From Octopus bimaculoides (taxonomy: Eukaryota), in the NCBI RefSeq assembly GCF_001194135.2, contig NC_068999.1, forward strand, positions 13,892,239-13,925,694: DNA of 33,456 nt, read 5' to 3'. The notes under the pieces are model-generated. The model did not search any database, was not told where the DNA came from, and saw only the letters and a program-made list of their open reading frames with translations. Position 1 is the first letter of the stretch. Every line of letters starts with the position of its first letter. Position numbers and translations under genes: made by a program. Positions 11,212-23,972 of this stretch are shown here, in pieces.

Positions 11212-14006
11212 CATATTCCTCTATACACCAACATACAAACCCCTTATATATAAACAATATATGAGTATATGCATATATATATGGACATGTATGTACATAC
11301 CTTCATCTACATGAACATATAGATACATATCTGGGTACATGACGTTGGAAAAGAACATGGACAATATGATAAACAAGGTACAACAAAGATGCAGGCCACA
11401 TGGATAACACATATGTATATATATATATGTGCGTGTGTGTGTATGTGTGTGTGTGGGTGTGTGTGTGTGTGTGTATGTGTATGTATATACGCCACAGCAA
11501 ATCTTACTTATAAAAAAATAACCGTCCACGAGCAATATTAACAGACATGTGTCGAAGTTGACGCGCAGTAAGATTGAAACTAAAATCATGCGCCTAGAGT
11601 GCAGGCTTCTTCCATGTACATTCATGAGTGTGCGTGTGTGCATATGTGTGTGTGTGCGTGTGTGTGGCTTTATGTGTGTACGAGTGTAGAAGAGGTACAA
11701 TCAAAGCAGTATGAGGGGAAATATACGCAGAATTGAAATACCATCAATGCCAACATAAGGAAATGATTGCGCACGTAATTGTAATGATTTATGTATATTC
11801 ATACCTGACTTGTGCGCCTTGTTAGCACATTAAGCATTACATTCCTCACAAATCGCATCAACCTCGCATGCTATTTCAGCAAATGTTTGTGTTAGTGATA
11901 AAGGTCGGTTTAGTTTCATTGGAAATGAATGTAATTATAGTAGCTTTTAGAGTATTTTCAATTATAGCGAATACATAAATTTATTAATCAGTAGTGTATT
12001 ACATTCGTAAAAGGTATATGTATATATATATATATATNNNNNNNNNNNNNNNNNNNNNNNNNNNNNNNNNNNNNNNNNNNNNNNNNNNNNNNNNNNNNNN
12101 NNNNNNNNNNNNNNNNNNNNNNNNNNNNNNNNNNNNNNNNNNNNNNNNNNNNNNNNNNNNNNNNNNNNNNNNNNNNNNNNNNNNNNNNNNNNNNNNNNNN
12201 NNNNNNNNNNNNNNNNNNNNNNNNNNNNNNNNNNNNNNNNNNNNNNNNNNNNNNNNNNNNNNNNNNATATATATATATATATATATACATATACACACAT
12301 AAATATGCATATGTGTATATATATATGTATAGATATGTATATATTCAAATATTCATACATATATACATATGTATCCGTTTATGTATGTATATGTATTTAC
12401 GAATGTATGTATGATTACCACTGGATATTTAACCCCATCGATTATACATCACTGCGATTACCCATTCACATTACCTTAATTACGAAACTGCACATTCATA
12501 AAGCAATCCGTATTCATGTTTAAACTGTCATAGGTTGTTAATGGTTAACGAACACCAACACAGTCGCATAAACGTACCTGCGCACACACAGACGCACACA
12601 CACACACGTAGAAATATACGCAGGAACAAACTCACGCAAATCCATCTATTTATGAAGGACATAAGGGAGATATTGGAGGAGATTTAAAGAGGATATCTAG
12701 AAAGTTTAGGTAAGTTTCCTGTACGCAATATCATAAAGTAAAAGGGTTATGCATAATCAATATTTATATATGCCTACATAGATGTGTAGGTATGCAAATT
12801 TAAGCTCACCCTCATATATGTACACAAACATACACGTCCTTCTCAAATATATATGTCCAATCTCATATACCGATATATACGTATTTACCTATCTGCATGC
12901 ATATATACATATATAACAACAGATACACACGTATATAGCTATAATTATTTTGAGATATAACAGTATATAAATATATACGTTAGATAAATTACATACATTT
13001 TTTTTTATCGCTAACGCCATTACAAAATACCAAGTGAAACAAATTTGATAATCAATTTAATTTAATTACAGTTTATTTCCTCTCCTTCAATTTCTCTGTT
13101 TTATTTTATTTTTAAGTCTCGCCATTTAATATCTCTAACATAGTATTTCTGTCTTGTTCGAAATATATATTTATATACTGATTAGTATAGTATGTAGTAA
13201 CAAATATACATCCCAAACAACACTATCCGGACATACGCGCGCGTACACACAGACGTACACACACACACACGCACACATTCACAGACACTTAGATACACGT
13301 ACATATAAATACACTCACCAGTACACGAACGTATATATGTATCTGCATGCATATGAATGCATATATGAGTGTTAGAATATGTTATTGAAACATTTTCTGT
13401 CTTTTAATTTACTCCACTCGTAATATATGTTTTCTCAACATTTTGTAATTATTCTTTCCGACCTCTGGTAGATTCCTCATTGAATCTTAATCAAAGTATT
13501 CTGTTTCGTCTCTTGACATTTTATGCTTTTGTTTTTTCCTAGTAGCTATAATGCTTATTTTGTCAAAACACATACGTGTAGCACTGTTTATATTACATTC
13601 AAAGCTCATAAACTTTAATTATTTTTACTTTTTACTCACAATAAAACTTACTAAGTACGTTAATGTTACTCGTCATATAATGGATGATTTTGAAAGAATA
13701 TTTTAACACCATTAGTAATTTCAAGACAAATAGCAGACATACAATAATTATAGTTTAACTTTTACCAAATTAATTTATATTTAAGCTAGATTATGAAATG
13801 TATACTCAATTAATGTCATATATAAACTTGAAATAAAATTACATAAATCTATTTTGAAACAGTTCACAATATGAAAACAAAATTATTTCACATATTAAAT
13901 TTTATAAGGTGGCATTTCAGATATACATACTCTCTCTCTCCCTCCATCTGTCCATCCCTCTCTCTCTCCCCGCCCTACATACTTGTGTACATATGTGTGT
14001 GTGTAT

Positions 14007-14323
14007 GGAAGCGCGCGGCTTAGTGGTTGGGGCATCCTGCTCACGATCGTAAGATTGTTAGCTCAATTTGCGGCGACACGCTGCGTCTTTGAACAAGACA
14101 CTTTATTTCACGCTGCTCCAGTGCACTCAGCTGACAAAAACGAGTAGTACCTCTATTTCAAATGGCCAGCCTTATCACACTCTGTGTCACGCTAAATCTC
14201 CCTGAGAACTACGTTAAATTTACACGTATCTGTAGAATGCTCAGCCACTTGGATGTTAATTCCACGAGCAATCTTTTCCGTTGATTGCATCAGCTGGGAC
14301 CCCCGTCGTCCTAACTGACGGAT
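14007..14323 (+). mobile_element. tRNA-derived SINE (octopod type), near full length
   Basis: A-box-like GGCTTAGTGGTTGG, tRNA-like head ctcacgatcgtaag, core tgcgtctttgaacaagacactttatttcacgctgctccag..ctcagctg, and tail ctgagaactacgttaa...cgtcgtcctaactgacgga. Confidence 0.85.
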
Positions 14324-14511
14324 TATTCCTATATAAATATATATATATNNNNNNNNNNNNNNNNNNNNNNNNNNNNNNNNNNNNNNNNNNNNNNNNNNNN
14401 NNNNNNNNNNNNNNNNNNNNNNNNNNNNNNNNNNNNNNNNNNNNNNNNNNNNNNNNNNNNNNNATTTATATATATATGTATGTATGTCATCTCATCGATC
14501 TCCACAGTCCT

Positions 14512-14721
14512 GGCTGTGAGCTGGCAGAATCCTTAGCATGCTGGATGAAATGCTGAAGGATATTCCGTCAACCTTTACATTCTGAGTTTGAATTCCACTT
14601 AGGTCGACTTTGCCTTTCATCTTTTCGAGGCCGATGAAATAAGTAACGGTTGTGGAGTGGGGTTATGTAATAGACTTAACTCCGTGCCCTACCTTGCTGG
14701 CCTCGTCCCAAAATTTGAAAT
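14512..14721 (+). mobile_element. SINE of a second octopod family, near full length
   Basis: gtgagctggcagaa..ttagca..; B-box-like GAGTTTGAATTCC; aggtcgactttgcctttcatc; 3' end gctggcctcgtcccaaaatttgaaa. Same family as 32302-32404. Confidence 0.85.
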
Positions 14722-14762
14722 GACTGATTAGATACAGATTCTCATTTACTAATGTATTACCT

Positions 14763-15450
14763 TCGTGGATAATATATTAAAGTATACAACGAACATCAAT
14801 TTCATACTTAGGAAAACTGAAGCAAAGCATTATTCTTTGTTAACCTTTATATTTGAAGGTCAATATATTCATAGATGAACATATATTATGACTATTGTTT
14901 TCTTGGTTCTTCTCTATGTGACGACTGTTTATGTTTCTTTCAAATACATTTACTACGGCATACGTATTTAGTTAATATAATAGACGGAAGTTTCATTTAT
15001 GCTTATCTTTATGTTTAACTCCATATGCATCTGCGTCATGTCTGTGCCTTCGCACAAGTTCCTTCTATATAAACGTATAATTTAAATTTAGTGGGTCGTG
15101 GATCAATAGAACCATTACTGCATCGAAGAAAATATATTTGCTGTTTTAGTTCCATCAATGTAGGTTCCGATATACTATCGTCGTGGATATTATATCACGC
15201 TATACAACGAACACTAATTACATACCACGGAAAACTGAAGCATCACATTATTCATTGTTAACCTTTATATTTCAACATCAATATATTTATAGTTTAACAT
15301 ATATTATGGCTATTTTTGTCGTGGTTCTTTTACATGAGACGCTGGCTTATGTGTTTCTTTCAAATTCATATACTACGGTATAGGTAGTTAAGTAATGTAA
15401 TAGACTGGAGTTTCAGTTATGCTTATCTAGATGTTTAACTTCATAAGCAT
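14763..15450 (+). repeat. diverged tandem duplication of ~270 bp (14763-15030 and 15181-15450)
   Basis: Collinear by eye, about 75-80% identical (11 mismatches in the first 62 nt). Shared anchors: tcgtggata, tatacaacgaaca, ggaaaactgaagca, ttgttaacctttatattt, acatatattatg, tttctttcaaat, ttatgcttatct, atgtttaact. Confidence 0.9.
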
Positions 15451-16495
15451 TGTGATATATAACATTTATAAATGTTGCAGGCACATCTACGAAGTTAGCA
15501 TTAAATGAATGTAGCGTGTATATAGCATTTTCAATCAAATCCTTATTAAAATCCTCATAAGGCAAACATAAATCTGATTTGTCGAATACAAACCACTGAA
15601 GTGTTGTCTGGTTTGCATGTTTATTTCTAAGTTGTATCACTGGGTGTGGAAATGAATATAACGCAGTGTTTGAAAATTTATATCGTGAAACATGTTTCGT
15701 GGATTACTGGAACTAATTACTTTTGCCTTGGGAAAGAGTAATTAATTTGACGTCAGTATAAATGGAATGAATGTGGTAGTTAGAACCTTTTCAGGTGTTA
15801 AAATTCATTCTGCAATTTGGAATGTTAAACAAGGTTCTGCATAGGTATTTAGAAAATAAAAATAAATAAAAACAAGGAATACATGTTACAATGTTCATAA
15901 TCACTTCCAAAGGTCCATACATATGTCACTCATAGATTAATACTACCAATTCTTCTTGGTTAAATTTATGGCACGAAAAGAATTTAGAAAGAAGTCGTTT
16001 GTTAATGCACTCCCCCCTCCTCTCCTCCTCTACTACTTCTCATTCTTCCCGTCTGTGTTTCCTTCTATTTATCCAACTTCTACTCTTTTATTAACAATTA
16101 TGTAGGTAAATGTATTTACGTCGTTATATCTATCGAACAACATGTGGTTTGCAGAACATGTAAGCAGGATGAAACTATCTTAAATCTTCAGTTTCCCTTG
16201 TGAATTTGTTGACTGTTATAAATCGTTAACTTAGTTTTCTATTATCATAAATCAATAAAATATCTTTAGGAGTTATATATTTACAGATAATTTTATCATA
16301 AGCATTGTAGTTTCAGGTTATCATGCAAAACTATTAAACTGTATGGGGCTTTAGGAACCATACGGCGAATATCAATTTAATGTTATTACCTATAATTTTT
16401 GGCAAAATTAATTAATTATAGATATTTACTATAACTCCCGCATGCAGACACACGAGGCCACACATATGTAGCTAGCTAAGTCTTTTGACTTTCTT

Positions 16496-16524
16496 TCTCT
16501 TTCTCTTTCTTTCTGTCTATATAC

Positions 16525-16589
<65 letters not shown>
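16496..16589. repeat. (CT)/(TCTA)n/(TA)n compound microsatellite
   Basis: Seen directly. Confidence 0.95.
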
Positions 16590-17559
16590 NNNNNNNNNNN
16601 NNNNNNNNNNNNNNNNNNNNNNNNNAAAGCAAATATTTCTGCGGTGAGTTGAGTTTATATATCTCCGTTCAATCTTTCAGGTATCTATTCAGTTTTTCAA
16701 GAATAGTTTTCGGGGAAGCTCAACGATAGAGACTGTTCGGTGTCACTTGATGGCTAAAAATATTTAATTCTTTCAATATACACACACATGGTCTCTAATT
16801 TTATGACCACTTTTCCTAAGGTTTTCTGATAGTTTGAAAATGAGTAACACTATCGTTCTGGGTGGTATTTCTTTGATCATTTTGTCTGCTCGATCGGTAC
16901 GTATTCGGTGTAAACAGCAACAAAAAACGTTTACACAAACATAATTTTTGAACTTTTGTATTAGGATGAAACAAAACAAACCATTCATGGAAGTATTTCT
17001 ATATTAATAGTTATGCGTAGGATGAACTATAATTTCGACCATTTAATTGGTTGAGGAAAGCTGAAAACAAAACAAAATATCTGGCACGCTTCCACCAACC
17101 TACAAATTAAATACTTTTCAAATGTTTATGAGGCAATATAACAGGAGAAATTGATGCAGCTTATTGAATCGATGCAATTACATATCCGTTTTATGGGGCA
17201 CTAAATTGATATAATAGAGAAGTGGAGCCCTGCTGGATGTGAAATCGAATAGAAAGGACCCGTAAATGTATATCAAAGTTTTAATGTGTAGTCCGCCGGT
17301 CCATTGTAACTTCATGTGCATTAGAAAAAGGATTCATAAATCTCTGGGATATTTCAAATTATGAGGAACAGTATGTGTATTCTAAGCTGAAACAATTCTA
17401 GTATATAATGGTGAGGTAGTTATTTTATCTATCTTTCTTACTATAGATTAAGGTACAAAAAACAAAATTCCATTGAGATTTGATCACAAAATGCAAACAG
17501 TGAAACGAAATAAAGAAAGGAGTAATGAGTGTCACTCACATTTAGGGTTATTGCTTCTG

Positions 17560-17830
17560 TTTCCATGTATTATTTATGAAGGAGAAAAAGATGACTAGAA
17601 AAAAAGTTGGAAAAAATCTTAGAAAAATAGAAAAAGAAGCATAGAAAGAAGTGATGGAGGAAAATAGGAACATTACAAGAATACAATGAGAAAAACTGGC
17701 GAAGAGAAGGACGTGACAAAGAAGAGAAAAGCAGAATTGGGATGAGGGAGTGAGAAGGAATGGGGAGAAAGTAGAAGAGAAAATTAAATGAGAGGCAATC
17801 ATGTGGAATATGAGGGAAAATAAAAATATT
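17560..17830. repeat. GA-rich low-complexity region
   Basis: Strong purine bias on the + strand with no regular period. Confidence 0.75.
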
Positions 17831-19689
17831 TTCGTTGCGTGATTTCAGATAGAAACGGTGTGAAATGAATGCATTAAATAAGATTGGCAGCAGTGCCTTG
17901 AGGGTTAATTATATAACCACACACACAAATAGGGAAAATTGAAATTGATTCTTTTTTAGTAATCTTATAAACATTCCATTTACCATGAATAAAATAGCGC
18001 TTTTCAAACTACGTGCAAAGAAACAGCAGCGTCACCATGTTGTAGCGAATGCCTAACAAAATAGATCGATTGTCCACTTGAGATATAACAAATATATTCT
18101 AAATCTCTAACGGTTCATTAGATTAGAACAACATTAAAAAGAAAGACAGAAAATAATATTTAGTAGACGTGTTTTAATTTAAATAGTTAAATTGAGATAA
18201 TTCTCTGTTCCTTTACGTTATTCATTTCCTCTGTAGCTCTTATTTGTTATTTTATATTTGTAAATCATTAGGTCAAACAGATTCTACAGGAACACATTCT
18301 TTATCGATATTTGTGCAAGGACTAGTATACATATAGCTGAATGACGTGACCGAGTAGAAAATCATTAACTGACGACATCTAAACTTTTTTGTCATGCACT
18401 GCTTCAAGTAAATCTATTGGTGTACTTGTTCTGTTTTTTTAAATTTTCTTTTAGGAAGTAACATTGCTCATTTGGAAAACACTACACGCTCTACTCAATT
18501 AAATTACACTGAACACCGCAGATGAATGCATGCGATTTGTAGAGAATGGAGAAAGTTACAAAGATGCACTATTCCAATTATGTAAAACTGTGTACAAAAT
18601 GAAGGCGATTATTCATGCATGCCTTTTTTAAAACATACGTACAAACATATACAGATGCATATACGAACACACAGACACACACATACATATGTATGTATAT
18701 ATGTATGGATATAAAACTAAAAATAAATAAGGATATGTCTAGGAATAGGTGAATACGCATACACACACATATATATATATATGTGAATATATATATATGT
18801 GAATATATATATATATGAGAATATATNNNNNNNNNNNNNNNNNNNNNNNNNNNNNNNNNNNNNNNNNNNNNNNNNNNNNNNNNNNNNNNNNNNNNNNNNN
18901 NNNNNNNNNNNNNNNNNNNNNNNNNNNNNNNNNNNNNNNNNNNNNNNNNNNNNNNNNNNNNNNNNNNNNNNNNNNNNNNNNNNNNNNNNNNNNNNNNNNN
19001 NNNNNNNNNNNNNNNNNNNNNNNNNNNNNNNNNNNNNNNNNNNNNNNNNNNNNNNNNNNNNNNNNNNNNNNNNNNNNNNNNNNNNNNNNNNNNNNNNNNN
19101 NNNNNNNNNNNNNNNNNNNNNNNNNNNNNNNNNNNNNNNNNNNNNNNNNNNNNNNNNNNNNNNNNNNNNNNNNNNNNNNNNNNNNNNNNNNNNNNNNNNN
19201 NNNNNNNNNNNNNNNNNNNNNNNNNNNNNNNNNNNNNNNNNNNNNNNNNNNNNNNNNNNNNNNNNNNNNNNNNNNNNNNNNNNNNNNNNNNNNNNNNNNN
19301 NNNNNNNNNNNNNNNNNNNNNNNNNNNNNNNNNNNNNNNNNNNNNNNNNNNNNNNNNNNNNNNNNNNNNNNNNNNNNNNNNNNNNNNNNNNNNNNNNNNN
19401 NNNNNNNNNNNNNNNNNNNNNNNNNNNNNNNNNNNNNNNNNNNNNNNNNNNNNNNNNNNNNNNNNNNNNNNNNNNNNNNNNNNNNNNNNNNNNNNNNNNN
19501 NNNNNNNNNNNNNNNNNNNNNNNNNNNNNNNNNNNNNNNNNNNNNNNNNNNNNNNNNNNNNNNNNNNNNNNNNNNNNNNNNNNNNNNNNNNNNNNNNNNN
19601 NNNNNNNNNNNNNNNNNNNNNNNNNNNNNNNNNNNNNNNNNNNNNNNNNNNNNNNNNNNNNNNNNNNNATATATATATATATATACCGT

Positions 19690-19790
19690 CGTGGCACGAT
19701 GGCCCAGTTGTTAGTGCAGTCGACTCGCGCTCGGAGGATCACGGTTTCGATTGCAAGCCCAGGCTTCGCGTGTGTTTATTGAACGAAATG
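19690..19790 (+). mobile_element. SINE 5' (tRNA-derived) head, 3' truncated
   Basis: A box TGGCCCAGTTGTTAG, gactcgcgctcggaggatc, B box GGTTTCGATTGC, then gtgtgtttattgaacgaaa. Confidence 0.8.
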
Positions 19791-20536
19791 CACGCCTATG
19801 CATGTTTTCATCTATGCGTACATTTCCTGGATTAAACTTAACGTAGAAAAGCGGGCACAGGAAACCAGAATCCCAAATCCAAAGAATGATATACATTTGT
19901 AAATTTACATTGCTAAATTGGGAACTTTTAATCAGAGAACTAACAAACAATTACTTTCGCAACATGGATTGTTTAAATTTACAAAAAGGCGTGCAGAGCA
20001 GTTTAATAATTTAATTATCATATATAATCCGCAATTCTTAAAACACTTAAACTTCTTTGTGTTTCTCCTCTACAAACGCTGATTTTCAAAGAAGGAAGAA
20101 AACTATGTAGAAAACATATTTGGAAGGCAGGAAAGTGAAGTAAATTTATATCAGTAGTACCATTCTTTATTTAATTGAAGATTTTCCCGATAATTCTTTT
20201 CTCCAATGGTATATACATTTCCATTCTTAGTAACAATTACTTATATACTCTGAAACACTTTAAGTGTGTTTTATTCTCAAGAAACAGTTCTGGACTTTGA
20301 AAGGTGGGAATAGTAAAGTTGAATTATTTTCCATTGCAGGGCAATTTCCATAGACTTGTCAGCTACAATGAAAATAAAATGGGAGGTTAAAAAAATAATT
20401 TTTTACTCACAAATTTGTACTGAATGCATGTAAATATTTTTGTTTATGAGCTTAACTTGTGAAGTAAGTCCCCAGCAACTGCGGAGTCATGCATACATAC
20501 AAGTACACATATACACTGATGAGATGCGAACAGTAT

Positions 20537-20584
20537 TTCATTTATAACATATAATATTCTTTCATTTATAACATATAATATTCT
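20537..20584. repeat. perfect 24-bp tandem duplication
   Basis: ttcatttataacatataatattct occurs twice. Confidence 0.95.
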
Positions 20585-20832
20585 AACATTTATATACATA
20601 TTTATTCAAAATATCTATCACAATCCTGCATTAGATATATGCTGGGCAGCTAGCATCCATTTTGTTCTCCTCTTGCGGTAACAGTACTTCCATAGCTTCC
20701 ACTATTATTCCGCTGAACGCATGCATATTTCATATGAAAACAGTCATGTTGTGATGAATGTTTATTTAACTTGATATATTGTACTCCGAGTGATCTGCAA
20801 CATAAGGGATTAAACATCGTGATGCTTAACAG

Positions 20833-20895
20833 CCTGTTGTTGGTGAATATCCCAGCAGTAGAGCCTTGCAAAGAGATTTCAACGCCCTGGCTGGA
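20833..20895 (+). CDS. candidate internal exon B (63 nt)
   Basis: Acceptor gcttaacAG (weak pyrimidine tract), donor GGA|GTAAGA. Phase 0 to 0 gives PVVGEYPSSRALQRDFNALAG; also open in phase 2. Confidence 0.4.
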
Positions 20896-21563
20896 GTAAG
20901 AATACTTGACGAATGTTGCAGGATATCAATTCACATGATGTAAATTACTGGAAAGCCGTTATGCATTTTTGTGCGTGGATGAGCGATGTAATATAAGAAA
21001 CAATAAATAAATAACCACTAATAATATTCATAAGAATATTATTCTATATGTAAATGCAAAACTTTAGTTAAAAAAGATGCTGCAAGAAATAACATTTCAT
21101 AATATCCTCTCGTAGTTCCGATGCTTAATCTCCGATATATTATCCGACGTTACATATAAAGTCGTTTCTATGTTCAAATTCTATCCGGCACGAAAGAAGC
21201 TGGTTTCTTTTTCGATATTTATACAGAATTGGCATTTCTTAATAATCATACTTTTTAAAAGTATCTCTCCCTTCCTTTCTGTATCGCTGTCTCCCTTTCT
21301 AACTTTCCATCGCCCTTACTCGATTCATGAATGTGTTCCTTTATCACTTATCGACGGATCTCATGTAAAAGAAGATTTAAATAAATGCGGTATGATAATA
21401 AGTATCATGCTTAAAGGCAAAATCTTCAACATCATCCCCATATATATAGATACACACCTACACACATATTGAGAGAGAGGATGAGAGAGAGAGATGATGG
21501 TGGGAGAGAGAGGATATTATCTTCGAATACTTGCATGTTAGAATGTTATTTCTTATATTTCAG

Positions 21564-21586
21564 CATGTTTATGCTTTCTTGCCTGG
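21564..21586 (+). CDS. candidate microexon C (23 nt)
   Basis: Strong acceptor ttatttcttatatttcAG, donor TGG|GTATGC. Phase 0 to 2 gives HVYAFLP(G). Confidence 0.4.
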
Positions 21587-22985
21587 GTATGCGCGTTGAC
21601 TGATTACTAAGATTATTTACTCTTCACTATAAATCCTCGCGTGTAACTTGAAGCAACTTTCAAACACTTTAAAACACTTACTTTCTTACATGCGTCAATA
21701 AATGTCCAGCTGTAATATATTTGCCTGATAAGTTACCAGATTTCTGAGTACTATCTTGTGATGGATTATTTATATTTTCAACGGCAGCCTTATGAAATAA
21801 TACTTTGAATATGAATACACAACTCGAATAATCGCTACTATTGCACCTTTTCAATGTTAGGTAAGACTTATGAAGCAATATAACTGAAATGTATACTTAT
21901 GACACGGCATGAAATTGGAAGTGATGTAATCAAGTACATCGCAGGATTGTAGAAAATATCGTTGAAGATATTAAGCAATTTACTTCAAGGCAAAATTTGT
22001 CGGAATTCGACTATCACCATTGTTTTAAAAATTGAAAACTTGAACTTGGAAAGAATTCTCATAATTATAAAGTAACTTATTGGCATTAGGTGTTCTATCA
22101 ATTAACTAGAAATAAGAAATCTTCCCTAATTTACACAGTTTCGTGTTAAATGTGTGAAACACCTCTTCGTACTGTCATGACTGAAATTTCCCGGGGAAAA
22201 TAAATCACAGTGGAAATATAATTGATCAAGTATCCTTTCTATTTTGATTAATCCGGGGCTGAAGAAATCAACTAGAAGAAGATGTGGATCAATCGATTCA
22301 AGCTCATTCTATATCGCTACTAAAGCACTCTGACAGAACAGAGAATAAAAAGAAATATACACCGGCAAATTTAGCACACAAAACAAATTTATTAAAACTG
22401 GAACGATATAAACTCCTTCTCTCCATGATTCAAAACGATTGGTAATTGCTATTCATGTTTATTCCTATGCGCATTAAACAAACGAGAATGAGGTTTCCAT
22501 CCAGAAAAAAAATATATGTAATAAATTAGTTTAAAGCGCATAAACCGAGTGATAAAATTTAGTTAATCCTGGTAAGAGTGTACCATAGTAATGTGTGTTT
22601 TAGCGCGCGCACGCCTATGTGCGTAGGCGTATATGTATGCATATATATGTGTATTCAAGTATGTACCAATTATATTGCAGGAATTATATATTGAATACAA
22701 TGATTTCCCGTGGGAGTAAATATGAAGAGCTTACTTTCAAAACCGGTATAAATGCAAATTTGCTCGATTTCATGACAATCATTAAAACAAAATCTGCAGG
22801 ATGCTGGCTTCACACACCTGAACCTTTTAGTCAAACTGGGATAGATGTCATATAGGCCGTAGCCGAATCTTCGTCTTCCAATCAAAATCAGATTTATTCA
22901 AGTTATTGTTTTAAACAAATTGGAACATCTGCATGCCAGCCAATTAGGGCCCATCTTTTGCATCGCATGATGTAAAATTCTAAAG

Positions 22986-23390
22986 ATGGTAGACTTAGAC
23001 GAGGAAATGTCGGAGGAAATTAAAGAAAGTAACGGAAATGAAATGATTCCTATCAGTGATGGAAACAAGCGAACTCGTAAAAGGAAGAATAAAACTATTC
23101 GCAAATCTGACGCTAAAAAAAGGAAACGATACAATGCTACAGGCAGGTATATCTGGCTGAGAACATGTAGTCATAAAATGAAAATTGTTTACAAGTGCAG
23201 TGACCTCACTGAAGAGGATATTTTGTACTTTCGGATTAAGCTATTTGAGAAACCACAGAAAATTGAACAGGAAACATCTTTACTTCTCGATGTGAAAATG
23301 AATGTTGACAAACGGAAAACTGGAATTACTGATAAGAAACCACATCAGTCATCAAATTCGTACATGCTGACAGGAGTGTTGCGACCTTGA
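22986..23390 (+). mobile_element. 134-aa ORF resembling the N-terminal region of a Sola-type DNA transposase (internally deleted derivative)
   Basis: Basic NLS-like KRTRKRK...KKRKRY, then C-x-H-x6-C-x-x-L-T-x-x-D-I-x-x-F...K-x-x-Q...KRK...S-x-x-Y-x-L. I recall this layout from N-termini of Sola-like invertebrate transposases. No catalytic domain is present, and the family assignment is from memory. Confidence 0.55.
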
Positions 23391-23597
23391 AGACTACATA
23401 AATGCAAGAAAGCATACAAGTCCCTTAATATTCAATACTTAATATTTAATATTCAATATTCAATATTTTTCAATAAGACAATCAATACTTCATTTCATTT
23501 TACTGAATATATTATATATACTATATCCTACATTAAAATATTGTAAGAATATAAATAAAACATAAACAACAGACAGATTTGGAATTCCTTTGAATGA
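23383..23597 (+). repeat. 3' non-coding part of the same element, with (AATATTC)-like 7-mer array
   Basis: Matches 11003-11211. Contains aatattcaatacttaatatttaatattcaatattcaatattt. Confidence 0.8.
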
Positions 23598-23603
23598 TAT
23601 ATA

Positions 23604-23614
23604 AGATCGGAAGA
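23604..23614 (+). other. probable Illumina adapter remnant at contig end
   Basis: AGATCGGAAGA immediately precedes the N gap and equals the first 11 nt of the TruSeq adapter AGATCGGAAGAGC. Confidence 0.8.
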
Positions 23615-23931
23615 NNNNNNNNNNNNNNNNNNNNNNNNNNNNNNNNNNNNNNNNNNNNNNNNNNNNNNNNNNNNNNNNNNNNNNNNNNNNNNNNNNNNNN
23701 NNNNNNNNNNNNNNNNNNNNNNNNNNNNNNNNNNNNNNNNNNNNNNNNNNNNNNNNNNNNNNNNNNNNNNNNNNNNNNNNNNNNNNNNNNNNNNNNNNNN
23801 NNNNNNNNNNNNNNNNNNNNNNNNNNNNNNNNNNNNNNNNNNNNNNNNNNNNNNNNNNNNNNNNNNNNNNNNNNNNNNNNNNNNNNNNNNNNNNNNNNNN
23901 NNNNNNNNNNNNNNNNNNNNNNNNNNNNNNN

Positions 23932-23972
<41 letters not shown>

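Noticed and set aside
8431-16159. Ultra-short candidate microexons aaataaag (8431-8438) and aacat (16155-16159)
   Set aside because: Weak pyrimidine tracts, not frame-preserving, and expected by chance.
6139-19790. tRNA genes at A/B-box-like motifs
   Set aside because: No cloverleaf, and each continues into SINE body sequence.
20516-20535. CTGATGAgatgcGAAC hammerhead-like core
   Set aside because: No stem II, and GAAC instead of GAAA.
22874-23614. Apparent TIR: tcttccaatc (22874) versus gatcggaaga (23605)
   Set aside because: The right arm is better explained as Illumina adapter at the contig edge, and a 9/10 match is weak.
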